Source: Bdellovibrionota bacterium
GTDB lineage: Bacteria > Bdellovibrionota_C > UBA2361 > CAKMMH01
Direction: 5' to 3'
NCBI GenBank assembly: GCA_050952645.1
Contig: JBMNLI010000010.1
Location: 192,001-256,000, forward strand
Length of the DNA stretch: 64,000 nt
Shown here one piece after another: positions 32,588 to 42,607 of this stretch. Both the position numbers and the translations under genes were made by a program. Within the stretch, counting starts at the first letter, position 1. Each line of letters begins with the position of its first letter. The notes under the pieces were generated by a model, which saw nothing but the letters and a program-made list of their open reading frames with translations, made no database searches and had not been told where the DNA came from.

Positions 32588-33599
32588 GGACTTTAACATT
32601 TTAAAACGTGAATAACTAAAATTATTTAAAACAAATTTTTGGAACTATTTTTTAAACTATTTTGGAAACTATTTTTTGAAACGATAAAGAATATTTTGAA
32701 TCTAAATAGATCCCCCCGCCCTTAGGAAAATCTTAGGAAAAATAGGTCTTACAAAAATTTAGTCAAGACTCTTTTTTCTGTGTGTTGTTTCTGTGTGCTA
32801 GGGGTGAGATTGTAGTATAAGAATTTATTTTAAAACGCTTGCACATTATTTGTGTATTAACTTATTTGCATTAACTTGCATTACGGTATATTACAATTTA
32901 CATATTACAAATACAAAGCGAGCTATCTTGACTAATAAATAAAATTAACATAAAATAGTCGTTATCTTAAGTGGCTTAGAGTTGATACTTGACTCAAGCA
33001 AAGTTGTAAATGAATTCCCCTTAAGCTGTTAAATATCTTAATCTTAAGGCTTAAAGGAAAGATAAGTAAAAATCTTTTTTCAAAGTATTTCGTATATAAT
33101 TTAAGATATAATTTAAGATTATTTAATTTTATTATTTTAAGCTTCCAATTAGTAATTAACAATTTCTATTAAAATTTTATACTTTAATGCAACATAAAAA
33201 ATGTAATATAAATATATAATTATCGTGCTAATTGCAATGCAAAATGTGCAATGTAAAATGTGCAATGCAAAATTTTATGTATTTTAAAGCTTAAGTTTAA
33301 AGTTTAATTTATTACTTTAATTTTATTACGTAAGAAGAATTATCTTAAAATAATATTTAATAAATTTTAGGTAAGCTTAAAGAAATTCTTTCTTGGAATA
33401 AGTTTTATCGCAAAAAAAATATTATAAATAAAAATATTATAAATATATAAGTGCGAGTAATATAACAAAAATAGCATAATGCATTTGCAGGCAAGCATAA
33501 GAGTTTAAAGCCATGCTATTTTGCAAAAACTTTATAAGAGAATTTCTTTAAAAGAGAATAAAAAATAATATAAAAAAACAAATAAAGGAAAAATTAATT

Positions 33600-34856
33600 A
33601 TGAATTTAAATGAATTAAAAAAGCTAAAAGCTGAGGATTTAATGAAACTCGTTGAAGAGTATGATATAGAAGGCGCAAACAATATGAGGCGTCAAGATTT
33701 AATTTTTAGTATCCTAACTGCTCGAGCAGAATCAAACGGAAACATTTATGGCTCTGGCGTTTTAGAATGTTTGCCCGATGGATTTGGATTTTTAAGAGCT
33801 CCCGATTATAACTATCTCCCAGGGTCGGATGATATCTACGTTTCTCCTGCTCAAATTAGAAGATTCGGATTAAAAACTGGAGATACCGTTGAGGGGCAAA
33901 TTCGCCCTCCAAGAGAAAAAGAGGGAGAGCGTTATTTTGCATTATTAAAAGTAAACTCCGTTAATGATGATAAGGTTGAGGTCTTAAAAAAGAAGACTCT
34001 TTTTGATAACTTAACCCCGATTTATCCCGAAGAAAAACTTAACCTAGAAAGTCAAAAAGGCGGATTTTCCCCTAGAATTATCGATTTATTTTCACCTATT
34101 GGAAAGGGACAACGTGCTTTAATAGTAGCACCTCCAAAAACTGGTAAAACCATATTGCTACAAAATATAGCAAATGCTATTACGGAGAACCACCCAGAGG
34201 TTGTTTTGATAGTGCTACTTATAGATGAACGCCCTGAAGAGGTTACGGATATGGAAAGGTCTGTAAAAGGCGAAGTTATAAGCTCAACGTTCGATGAGCC
34301 AGCACAACGCCACGTGCAAGTAGCGGAGATGGTAATTGAAAAGGCGAAAAGATTAGTAGAGCATAAAAAAGATGTAGTAATTTTATTAGACTCTATTACG
34401 AGGCTTGCGAGAGCTTACAACTCTGTGGTTCCACCTAGCGGAAAGGTGCTTTCAGGCGGTGTAGACTCGAATGCTCTTCAAAAGCCAAAAAGATTTTTTG
34501 GTGCCGCAAGAAATATTGAAGAGGGAGGAAGTTTAACTATTATTGGAACTGCTCTTATCGATACTGGTTCAAGAATGGATGAGGTTATTTTCGAGGAATT
34601 TAAGGGAACTGGTAATATGGAGCTAGTCTTAGATAGAAAACCTGTCGAGAAACGCATTTGGCCTGCTATCGATATCAATAAGTCGGGAACTAGAAAGGAA
34701 GAATTATTGATAGATGAAGAAACTCTACAAAAAATCTGGATATTAAGAAAAGTAATAAATCCTTTAAGCGTTGTAGAAGCTCTAGAATGGCTACTAGACA
34801 AGATGAAAGGCACTAAGAACAATAAAGAGTTTTTAGATATGATGAAAGGGGCATAA
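33600..34856 (+). CDS. rho: Transcription termination factor Rho
   Basis: [44 protein letters not shown]. Confidence 0.98.
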   Translation: MNLNELKKLKAEDLMKLVEEYDIEGANNMRRQDLIFSILTARAESNGNIYGSGVLECLPDGFGFLRAPDYNYLPGSDDIYVSPAQIRRFGLKTGDTVEGQIRPPREKEGERYFALLKVNSVNDDKVEVLKKKTLFDNLTPIYPEEKLNLESQKGGFSPRIIDLFSPIGKGQRALIVAPPKTGKTILLQNIANAITENHPEVVLIVLLIDERPEEVTDMERSVKGEVISSTFDEPAQRHVQVAEMVIEKAKRLVEHKKDVVILLDSITRLARAYNSVVPPSGKVLSGGVDSNALQKPKRFFGAARNIEEGGSLTIIGTALIDTGSRMDEVIFEEFKGTGNMELVLDRKPVEKRIWPAIDINKSGTRKEELLIDEETLQKIWILRKVINPLSVVEALEWLLDKMKGTKNNKEFLDMMKGA

Positions 34857-35026
34857 ACTTTAAGTTCTTTATATCTTTTTAGTTCTTCACATCTTTAAAG
34901 TGAAAGAGAAAAAGAAAAAGAAAGAGAAAAAGAAAGAGAAAAAGAAAAGAAAAAGAAGAAAAAAATAGAAAGCAAGAAAAAGAAGCGTTCTCTTTTTTTT
35001 TCTTACAACTTTTCTTATAACTTTTC

Positions 35027-35683
35027 TTACAGCCCTTGCACTATATACCAAAGGCCAAAAAATCCGATTATAGTTTTAAATATAAACAAGTCTGCGAATA
35101 TTTGCCATCTATTTAGAATCTTAGCTAAAAGGCATAGAGAAATATCGCAAAGTAAAAAAACGAATAAAAAAGGGATAGACTTTTCAAAAGCTATTTTTAA
35201 CGAACTTAATATAAAGGTAAATATTTCATTATTCGTAATATTTGCATCTAATGAAAAATAAGTCGCATCTATTATCGCTCTAAAACTTTCTTCAAAGCCC
35301 CCATAGAAAATCCAAACGAACCAAACATACTTGCTAACTAATGTTGAGAAGTAAGATTGCGTCTCTCCTAATATGGGATTTAACACATACGAGGTATTAG
35401 CTCCCCTACCTGCATCGAAAAGCTCCGCCATAACGCTAGCTATATAAACTTTCATAAAGACTTGAACTGAAAATAAAAAACCGATTAGAATTTCATAATA
35501 ATAATTTTGACTTTCTAAAGTATGACCTGCACAAAACACAACAAAGAAAGACATTAGAAACGACAGCACGCACTTAGTTACAGTCGAGGATATACCGCCA
35601 GCTATAGGAACTAAGATAAGGAATGATATAAATCTTAAAAAATAACTAAAAAAACTTGTTAAATAAACATCAAAAGCAATCAT
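35027..35683 (-). CDS. fliR: Type III export gate subunit FliR/SctT (divergent)
   Basis: FLRFISF...VP, EILIGF, AELFDAGRG, many TMs; follows fliQ/sctS. Confidence 0.8.
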   Translation of the reverse strand: MIAFDVYLTSFFSYFLRFISFLILVPIAGGISSTVTKCVLSFLMSFFVVFCAGHTLESQNYYYEILIGFLFSVQVFMKVYIASVMAELFDAGRGANTSYVLNPILGETQSYFSTLVSKYVWFVWIFYGGFEESFRAIIDATYFSLDANITNNEIFTFILSSLKIAFEKSIPFLFVFLLCDISLCLLAKILNRWQIFADLFIFKTIIGFFGLWYIVQGL

Positions 35684-35946
35684 ATACTTAGCGATCCATA
35701 TTTTATTATTTCTACAAATGCACTATTAAAATAGTTGATAACCAAAGTATAAAAATAATTAAAACAAAAATAAAAAGTAGCAAAAACTACGATACACTTA
35801 ACTATATAAGATAAACTTTGCTCTTGGATTTGCGTTATAGTTTGCAAAAATGCTATAAATATCGAGCATAGCCCACTTAGAAGCAATGGAAGCCCAGAAA
35901 CGATTAAAATGATAAGAACTCCTTGAACTAAAAAATTTGTATTCAT
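35680..35946 (-). CDS. fliQ: Type III export gate subunit FliQ/SctS
   Basis: FLQTITQIQEQSLSYIVK signature, 88 aa. Confidence 0.9.
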   Translation of the reverse strand: MNTNFLVQGVLIILIVSGLPLLLSGLCSIFIAFLQTITQIQEQSLSYIVKCIVVFATFYFCFNYFYTLVINYFNSAFVEIIKYGSLSI

Positions 35947-36030
35947 AAATCACCTTACCAAGCAAAAAAAAGGCTCTTCACGTTTTAAGTGGGTTAAGGA
36001 CCTTAAAATTAGTATCACGCACCCCACGAA

Positions 36031-37923
36031 ATAGGGTAGAGCGAGGGCTATACCCTCTCCCTCCCGTCGCACCGTACGTACGGGTCTCGTATACGGCGCT
36101 CCATTAATATAATATCAAGTAATACTCAGGTAATACGTCAAAGGGTCGATTAAACCAATTCGTTCCTTTGTTTTACGCCCCAATATTTTAGGGCTTAATG
36201 CATAATTCACTACGTACCACGAACTGCGTCTATACCAGCCGAGTCTGCTGTTAGCAACCTTATAGATTTCTTCATTTCTAAAATTGCAACCAAGCATTCG
36301 GTTCAATTTCTTAAGATTTAGATAGATTCGTCTCGGCAATTTCCACTGTTTAAGTATTATAACCCTCACTTTGTGTCTAAGCCATTGACCATATTTATCT
36401 ATAAAAGTCTTAAGAGTTCCTATCTTATAATAGTTTATCCAACCTTTAATTAACCAGCTTAGCTGTTGAAATGTCGAACCTAACGTTCGTGCCATTGCCT
36501 TCCGTCTACAAAGAATTTCTCTAGTTTTATCATAGAGTTTTCGTTTGCGATCTTCAGCAGGTTTACATTTCCAAGTTTTATACCCACTCTTCCAGTAGGT
36601 AAAGCCTAAGAAAGTGCTTTCCGTCGGCCTAGAGATTTTACTCTTACTTGAATTAATTTTAAGTCGTAGCTTACGCTCCAACCAACTCGCAACGGACTTC
36701 ATTACTCTATTAGCAGCCTTTTCACTTCTAACAAATATATTACAGTCATCGGCATATCTAACAAACTTAAGTCCTCTTGCTTCCAGTTCCTTGTCGAGCT
36801 TATCAAGGTATATGTTAGATAATACTGGGGATAATGGACCTCCTTGCGGAACTCCTTTCTCACTTACAGTAAACAATCCATCTTCCATTATACCAGCTCT
36901 TAAGAACTGTCTTATCAATCGTAGTGTCTTCGCATCTTTGATGCGTTCCCTGATTATCGAAATTAATTTGTCGTGATTAACAGTATCAAAATATTTCTCT
37001 ATGTCTAGGTCTATAACCCAATCATAGCCTCTTTTCAAGTACTCAAGAGTTCTATATACTGCTAGATGGCAATTCCTTCTAGGTCTAAAGCCATAGCTAC
37101 TATTACTAAAATACTTTTCGTATCCGCGTGCTAGTATTTGCGCTACCGCTTGTTGAATTACCCTATCTACTACTGTAGGTATTCCTAAAGGTCTCATCTT
37201 ACCATTAGCTTTAGGTATATACACTCTCTTAACTGGACTCGGCTTATAATTCCCTTCACGTATCTGAGATTTTATCTCTTCTCTGTGAACGGCAAAATAG
37301 TCTTCAAGCTCATCTACTGGCATATCATCTACACCAGATGCACCTTTATTTCGCTTAACAGCCTTTATAGCCTCATCTATATTTTTGTCTGATATAATTA
37401 GTTCAATCAATTCCACCTGTTGCTCCTCCCTCTGTTTGTAAAGCTACTAGAAAACACCCCCTCTATCTTCTGCCCCCACAGGTTACGTTCCTGTTTGTTA
37501 GGCATATCTTCAATTTCGGACTCTTCTAGCCTTGCTTACAGTGATTCACAATATATTAACGTTCAACCCTTCCTTGAGTGGTGTCTCAAGTACTATGGTA
37601 TCAACTGACTTCCAGATATAAGCTTTATATCGCACGTGCATAGCACGCTATCTGGACCTCCGGGGTAAGGCATAGTTCTTTCACCAGACAACCTCCAGAT
37701 TTACTCGTTTGGTTTTACGTTTGTCTTTAGGGCTTCGGTTTGTAGCGCAACCTCACCCACCATTTAGCCTTGTATCTGGTTTCTGTTCGTAGGCTCCTTG
37801 GTTTTGATCCGCCACTTCCTTCACTCTAACATTACTGCTTCGAGCTTGTGGCATCACTACACTTGGTGACAACTACCCGTGACGGGACTTTCACCCGCTA
37901 GAACTATGTCGTGCCCGGCACAC
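36031..37923 (-). mobile_element. Complete group IIC intron (1893 nt)
   Basis: 5' GTGTGCCGGGCAC; domain V GAGCGCCGTATACGAGACCCGTACGTACGGTGCG with CGC triad; 3' end CCCTAT; both boundaries fixed by empty-site copies reading GGGC|TTCGT. Confidence 0.93.
36115..37416 (-). CDS. ltrA: Group II intron reverse transcriptase/maturase (class C, no endonuclease domain)
   Basis: NKGASGVD, RPLGIPTVVDR, SYGFRP, GVPQGGPLSP, RYADD, maturase GWINYY; no HNH. Confidence 0.96.
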   Translation of the reverse strand: MELIELIISDKNIDEAIKAVKRNKGASGVDDMPVDELEDYFAVHREEIKSQIREGNYKPSPVKRVYIPKANGKMRPLGIPTVVDRVIQQAVAQILARGYEKYFSNSSYGFRPRRNCHLAVYRTLEYLKRGYDWVIDLDIEKYFDTVNHDKLISIIRERIKDAKTLRLIRQFLRAGIMEDGLFTVSEKGVPQGGPLSPVLSNIYLDKLDKELEARGLKFVRYADDCNIFVRSEKAANRVMKSVASWLERKLRLKINSSKSKISRPTESTFLGFTYWKSGYKTWKCKPAEDRKRKLYDKTREILCRRKAMARTLGSTFQQLSWLIKGWINYYKIGTLKTFIDKYGQWLRHKVRVIILKQWKLPRRIYLNLKKLNRMLGCNFRNEEIYKVANSRLGWYRRSSWYVVNYALSPKILGRKTKERIGLIDPLTYYLSIT

Positions 37924-38094
37924 GCCCAAAAGAAAATTGACTTTAAAGAAATTTGCATAAAATAAATTACTTTAAATATAGTTGTAATTTTTCTTTAAAC
38001 TATAGCTAGTTTTCTACAAAAGCCAATTTTCTTTTAAGCTAACCCAAAAAACAATTTTTCTAACCCACCTAAAACGTGAAGAACCAAAAAAAAA

Positions 38095-38970
38095 TCAATT
38101 TAGAAACGATAAAATTAAAGATTTCCCTAAAAGTAGCCACCCATCTATAAGCACAAAGATTAATATTTTTAATGGGAGAGATACTAAAGACGGCGTAAGC
38201 ATATACATTCCAAGCCCTACTAAAATATTTGCAACGATTATATCGATTATTAAAAATGGAATCAGTAAACTAACACTCATAGCAAAGGCCTCTTTTAGTT
38301 CTGAAAATAAAAAAGCTAAAAGCACTATAGGGAAACTTTCTTCATCTCTAGTTTTTAATTCTTCTTTTTGAACTTTTAAAGCTTCTAAATTTTTATTTAA
38401 AACTTCTTTGCCATCTTTAAAAACTATTTCTTTATTATTTTCTTTATTTTTTTCTTTGCTAATTTCTTTATTACTTACTTTATTACTTACTTTATAACTC
38501 TCATTATTGCTTTCATTATTGCTTTCTTTATTGCTCTCACTATTGCTTTCTTTACTTTTCTCAATATCGTGTTTTTTAACTATATCTTTTTTTATATCTA
38601 CTAAAAGAGCTAACTCTTTTTTCCCTGAATGCTTAAGCATAAAATTTTTCCAAGGAACTGAAATTTTTTTGAAAATATCCATAGCATCATTAAATTTAAA
38701 TTCTTGAAGCTTTACATTTTGAAAGCTTTTAGCGATATCATGCGATTCTTCATACACGGGGTACATTATAAATAGGCTCAAAGAAAATGATAAAACTAAA
38801 ATTAAGATATTCCCTGGGAATTGTTGCGTGCCGAACCCATTTCTTAAGAGCGTAAGCACTATGCTTATTTTTAAATACGATGTGCAAACTCCTAATATAA
38901 TAGGGATAAGCGATACTAATAAAGTTATAAAAATAAACCACATTGGATTTATAGCCATGCTCGTGTTCAT
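38095..38970 (-). CDS. fliP: Type III export gate subunit FliP/SctR with low-complexity insertion
   Basis: TSYLKISIVLTLLRNGFGTQQFP, SELKEAF, PFLIIDIIVANIL, SLPLKILIFVLIDGW; no N-terminal signal peptide. Confidence 0.93.
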   Translation of the reverse strand: MNTSMAINPMWFIFITLLVSLIPIILGVCTSYLKISIVLTLLRNGFGTQQFPGNILILVLSFSLSLFIMYPVYEESHDIAKSFQNVKLQEFKFNDAMDIFKKISVPWKNFMLKHSGKKELALLVDIKKDIVKKHDIEKSKESNSESNKESNNESNNESYKVSNKVSNKEISKEKNKENNKEIVFKDGKEVLNKNLEALKVQKEELKTRDEESFPIVLLAFLFSELKEAFAMSVSLLIPFLIIDIIVANILVGLGMYMLTPSLVSLPLKILIFVLIDGWLLLGKSLILSFLN

Positions 38971-39917
38971 ACAGATTGCCTTAAAATAATATTTCTAACG
39001 TTTAAGCCTTTGCTTTTTAAAGTCTCTAAAATTTTTGTTCTCTCTTTATGAAAATTTAAATAATCCTTGTAAGAATTTATAGAAATATTTATATCTACTA
39101 TATTTTGATTTTCTAAAAAATTTAAATTAAATAAGTTTCCAGCCTCTGAGGTATACTCTAAGGAAATACTCGAGCCATTTTCAAACTTTTGAACGCTAAG
39201 CTCATCAATCCTTTCTTGAAACTTTTCAAAGCTTAAGAAACTCTCCGATGCGTTCTTGTTTTTGCTTTGCTCTCCGTTAAACGATGTATCAAAAAAACTA
39301 TTATCATTATTTTGAACTATTACGCTTCTATTGTCGCACTCCTGTAAACTATCGCTTGTGCATTCTAAATTTGTGCTACGCTCGACATCACTTTCTATTT
39401 CTTCTATAAAAGATTTTTCTTTTTCTCCATCTAATTCTTTGACTTTAAGGCTTGCCTTATCTTTTTCAAATAAGTCCTTAAATCTTTTTGACACGATAAA
39501 AGTTTCAATATTTTCCGTCGTCTCTATATTTTCTTTCTTTATTTTTTGAGTTAATTTTATATCTTCTATTTTTTTATAAATAAACTCTAGCATCTTATTA
39601 GACTTATTTAATTTCTTGGTTAAGTCTTGAGTTTTAAGCTCTAGCTCGCTTGCGATCGCCTTGTTCTTTTCTAAATCTTTCGACTTTTCTACGATTCTCT
39701 TTTGCAAAAACTTTAAATTATTTTTTGCGTCTTTATCATCTTTAGTTTTTCTTTCTATAAAAGAGCTTCTTACTCTCTCAAAATCGCTATTTTTTTCCTG
39801 AATTCTCGTTTTTACTTCTTGAAACTTTACGTTTTCTTCTCTTAAGCGATTTTCAAGCTCAAGCTTTGATATAGTGTCGTATTCATATTTTTTTATTAGA
39901 AAATCTTTTTCTTGCAT
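38967..39917 (-). CDS. Possible SctO/FliJ-like coiled coil fused to an SctP/FliK-like C-terminal domain
   Basis: ~140-aa coiled coil, acidic linker, C-terminal beta-rich domain ending ILETLKSKGLNVRNIIL; stop overlaps the fliP/sctR start. Confidence 0.55.
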   Translation of the reverse strand: MQEKDFLIKKYEYDTISKLELENRLREENVKFQEVKTRIQEKNSDFERVRSSFIERKTKDDKDAKNNLKFLQKRIVEKSKDLEKNKAIASELELKTQDLTKKLNKSNKMLEFIYKKIEDIKLTQKIKKENIETTENIETFIVSKRFKDLFEKDKASLKVKELDGEKEKSFIEEIESDVERSTNLECTSDSLQECDNRSVIVQNNDNSFFDTSFNGEQSKNKNASESFLSFEKFQERIDELSVQKFENGSSISLEYTSEAGNLFNLNFLENQNIVDINISINSYKDYLNFHKERTKILETLKSKGLNVRNIILRQSV

Positions 39918-39942
39918 TTTTTAAAACTACGGCTTAAAAAAA

Positions 39943-40236
39943 TTAAATACCATTTTGAAGCTTTCTAACGCTTCCTACGCCTGCTTCTGCTACCCGAGAA
40001 ACGAGTTCGACTTTCATCGCTAAATTATTTACATTTATCTGACAACGCATTAAATCTTTTAACTCGTTCATAGAATTTTTTTGCGTCTCCGATACCTTAT
40101 CGGTTTTTATCGAATCGGTTTTTATCGATGTGAAATGTGATAGATAATCTTTAAAACTCTTATTCGATACAGCATTATTTAAAAGATTATCGTCTAGACC
40201 CATGTTTTTTAATGAATTTAAAAATGAAACTTTCAC
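39943..40236 (-). CDS. Small type III rod/needle-like protein (SctI/SctF/FliE-like)
   Basis: 97 aa; SFKDYL then C-terminal helical hairpin DLMRCQINVNNLAMKVELVSRVAEAGVGSVRKLQN. Confidence 0.6.
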   Translation of the reverse strand: MKVSFLNSLKNMGLDDNLLNNAVSNKSFKDYLSHFTSIKTDSIKTDKVSETQKNSMNELKDLMRCQINVNNLAMKVELVSRVAEAGVGSVRKLQNGI

Positions 40237-40407
40237 TTGCTTTTCTCCTATCTTTTTTAGTGGTTTAAAAAATTTTACTTTCCTAAATGCTCTCCTAAAT
40301 AAAGATATCGAAGAAAATTTTTAAAAATTTCAAAAAAATTAAAAAAGAATAAAAAAATAAAGAATAAAGAAAATAAAAGAAAAATATCTTAAAGTATATT
40401 AAAACTG

Positions 40408-41709
40408 CTATGCAGTTTTTTCATAGCTTAAAACATCCTTTAGTCCGACTAATAAAAGGAATACTAGCAATACCTCACTATCTCCAATATTATATTCGAC
40501 TAATCCTGCTAACTGAGACGATAAGATTGAAAGTCCGATAATATAGACGTAGTCTTTAGCTTTGCTTTTACCTTGGCTTTCACCTTTAAAAGAATTTTCA
40601 CCTTTAAAGGAGTTTTTAAGGAGCAAGAATATCCAAATTAGATATAAAAATAGATTAAACACACCAAACTCGACTATAATATTTAATAAATTATTATGAA
40701 AATGGTTTAAGTATGATGGAATATCGATAGAGTAGCTAGCAAGATTTCTACTAGCCTTATACCCAACGCCTAAGGGGTACCTAGTCATAAGTTCTCCTGC
40801 AACTTTCCACATTGAAGCACGCCCTCCAGATATAAAAAAATGGCTTTTCGAACTTAGCACTCTTTCTCTAATTGGGGTAAAACTAAAAAACAAGATTAAA
40901 AAACATACTATAACAGGCACTAAATGCTTTCTATTAAATTTAAAAAATAAAATTAGCGTGGCTACTATAACACCTATCCAAGGTCCTCTTTTTAAATTTA
41001 AAGCAAATGAGGCAAAACAAATCGGAGCATACAGCAAAACAAAATTCCTGATATCCGTAATATTCTTTTTCTTTATAACTACGCTTATAACAAAAACACT
41101 TAAAAGCAAAAACGATGCTAAGAGCAATATAGAATAGCTTTCAAAATATTTATGCGAGAACCCAAATAAAAGTCCTATTGTAAATAGACTCATTGAAAAC
41201 ACGCCTTCGCTAGTTTTTATATCGCCTTGACGTAAAAATATAATTCCAAAAATAAGCGGCAATGTTAGCGCAAGTTGCCCAGACTCGCTAAGCTTTCCTA
41301 CAAAAAAGTTCGGAACTAGCTCGCTTCCAAAAGCCTCTTGAAAAATAGTGTGAAATGAAGATATAGTTTGCCCTAAGGCTAGTAGCGAAATTAAAAGCAA
41401 GGCTTTCGATTTATCCGTATACTTAAAAACGGCAGGAATTAGCAAAAAGTAAAAACACAGCGTGCTTAAACTTTTTATACTTTTAAGTGGAGTTAGATAG
41501 CAAAATGAAAAAAGGAAAGCAAAGATAAAAAAATAACTAATATATTTACGTTCCTCAAAAAAGAGATCTTTTAGTTTAAAATCTCTAAGAAGATATATTA
41601 AAATTAGCGGTATTATAAACGCCAAGGCAAAAGATAGCTTAATAGGTATCATTAAAAACGATAAATAGACTAAATACTCTATCTTTCTTTCACTTAAATT
41701 CTTTAGCAT
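40408..41709 (-). CDS. O-antigen ligase family (Wzy_C/WaaL) membrane protein
   Basis: Multi-TM; KRGPWIG, R..MW....., PLGVG, HFHNNLLN. Confidence 0.85.
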   Translation of the reverse strand: MLKNLSERKIEYLVYLSFLMIPIKLSFALAFIIPLILIYLLRDFKLKDLFFEERKYISYFFIFAFLFSFCYLTPLKSIKSLSTLCFYFLLIPAVFKYTDKSKALLLISLLALGQTISSFHTIFQEAFGSELVPNFFVGKLSESGQLALTLPLIFGIIFLRQGDIKTSEGVFSMSLFTIGLLFGFSHKYFESYSILLLASFLLLSVFVISVVIKKKNITDIRNFVLLYAPICFASFALNLKRGPWIGVIVATLILFFKFNRKHLVPVIVCFLILFFSFTPIRERVLSSKSHFFISGGRASMWKVAGELMTRYPLGVGYKASRNLASYSIDIPSYLNHFHNNLLNIIVEFGVFNLFLYLIWIFLLLKNSFKGENSFKGESQGKSKAKDYVYIIGLSILSSQLAGLVEYNIGDSEVLLVFLLLVGLKDVLSYEKTA

Positions 41710-41881
41710 TTTTTAGAAGCCTTTAAAAAAGTAGTCTTTTAAAACTTATAATTTTTCAAATTTTTGAAACTTTTTTTATAATACCATAATCTTAATATAT
41801 TAGGAGTAGCTTTTTTAAAAAGAAATTAAACTTAAATTTTTTTTAAACCAGTTTTTTTAAACCTATTTAATAGAGAAAAAT

Positions 41882-42223
41882 ATGAGAGCTTTAAAATTAT
41901 TATTATTTTTACTAATTTTGCCATGCAGTATTTTACTAGGAAGCAGCGCCTTTTCAATAACATTAGATGATTCGTTTTTAGGAACGTCTAGCACTAAAAT
42001 AAGAGTTCTCCTTGGCGAGCCTCTAGAAAAAGTTGAGTACAAACTGCTTAACAAGTCTAGCTTTGTATACCCAGAGTACGTTCTATATTTTAAGGATGAG
42101 GCTTTACAAAAAATCGTATATAGGAATGAAGATGAGTTAGCGAAAAAAGATGTAGCTAAAACTCCAAGTGCAGAAAAAATAGATGACAATCCAAATTTAG
42201 TAAACGAAATGTTTTCAAATTAA
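41882..42223 (+). CDS. Small hypothetical secreted protein
   Basis: Signal peptide; LGTS...IRVLLGEP motif loosely like BLIP/SmpA-type folds. Confidence 0.6.
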   Translation: MRALKLLLFLLILPCSILLGSSAFSITLDDSFLGTSSTKIRVLLGEPLEKVEYKLLNKSSFVYPEYVLYFKDEALQKIVYRNEDELAKKDVAKTPSAEKIDDNPNLVNEMFSN

Positions 42224-42607
42224 AATTAAAAAAATAATTTTACAAAAATAAAAAAAACTAGAATGATAAAAATAAACACTTGTGTTTTTTGTAAAAAAGT
42301 TGTTTCATTATAGTTGTTGTAACCCGTTTTTATTTTATTTCTTAAAAGCAAATCTTTAGTTATGGATTTGCTTTTTTTTTGCTTAAAAAATAAAATTTTT
42401 ATTTTTATTTTTACACTATAAAAATAGGGGTATTTTCGCATCTAGCAATTTAAATTTATATCTAAATTTCTTGAAAATATTTTTATCAAAGTGAATCTAA
42501 GTAATAAGTAAGTAGTAAATAAGTAGTAAGCGAGTAATAAGCAAATAGTAAATAAATAATAAACGAGCAGTAAATTAAAATGGTTTTAATTTTAGGAACT
42601 ATAAAAA

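Larger units (their letters stand above)
35972..38085. mobile_element. ISL3-type MITE (221 bp without insert) interrupted by a group IIC intron
   Basis: Termini GGCTCTTCACGTTTTAAGTGGG / CCCACCTAAAACGTGAAGAACC; A8 on both flanks; body homologous, in reverse orientation, to copies at 7808-8457. Confidence 0.85.

Noticed and set aside
34895..34990. GAAAAAGAAAGA purine-rich repeat after rho
   Set aside because: Low-complexity slippage tract with no further structure
36115..37416. RT as part of a DGR, retron or defence system
   Set aside because: It lies inside a complete IIC ribozyme and has a maturase domain; no template/variable repeat pair seen
37725..37737. Intron segment CGAAGCCCUAAAG complementary to the target junction, suggesting an extended guide
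   Set aside because: It pairs internally with GGGU as part of the domain I stem around the EBS1 hairpin, so the match is probably coincidental
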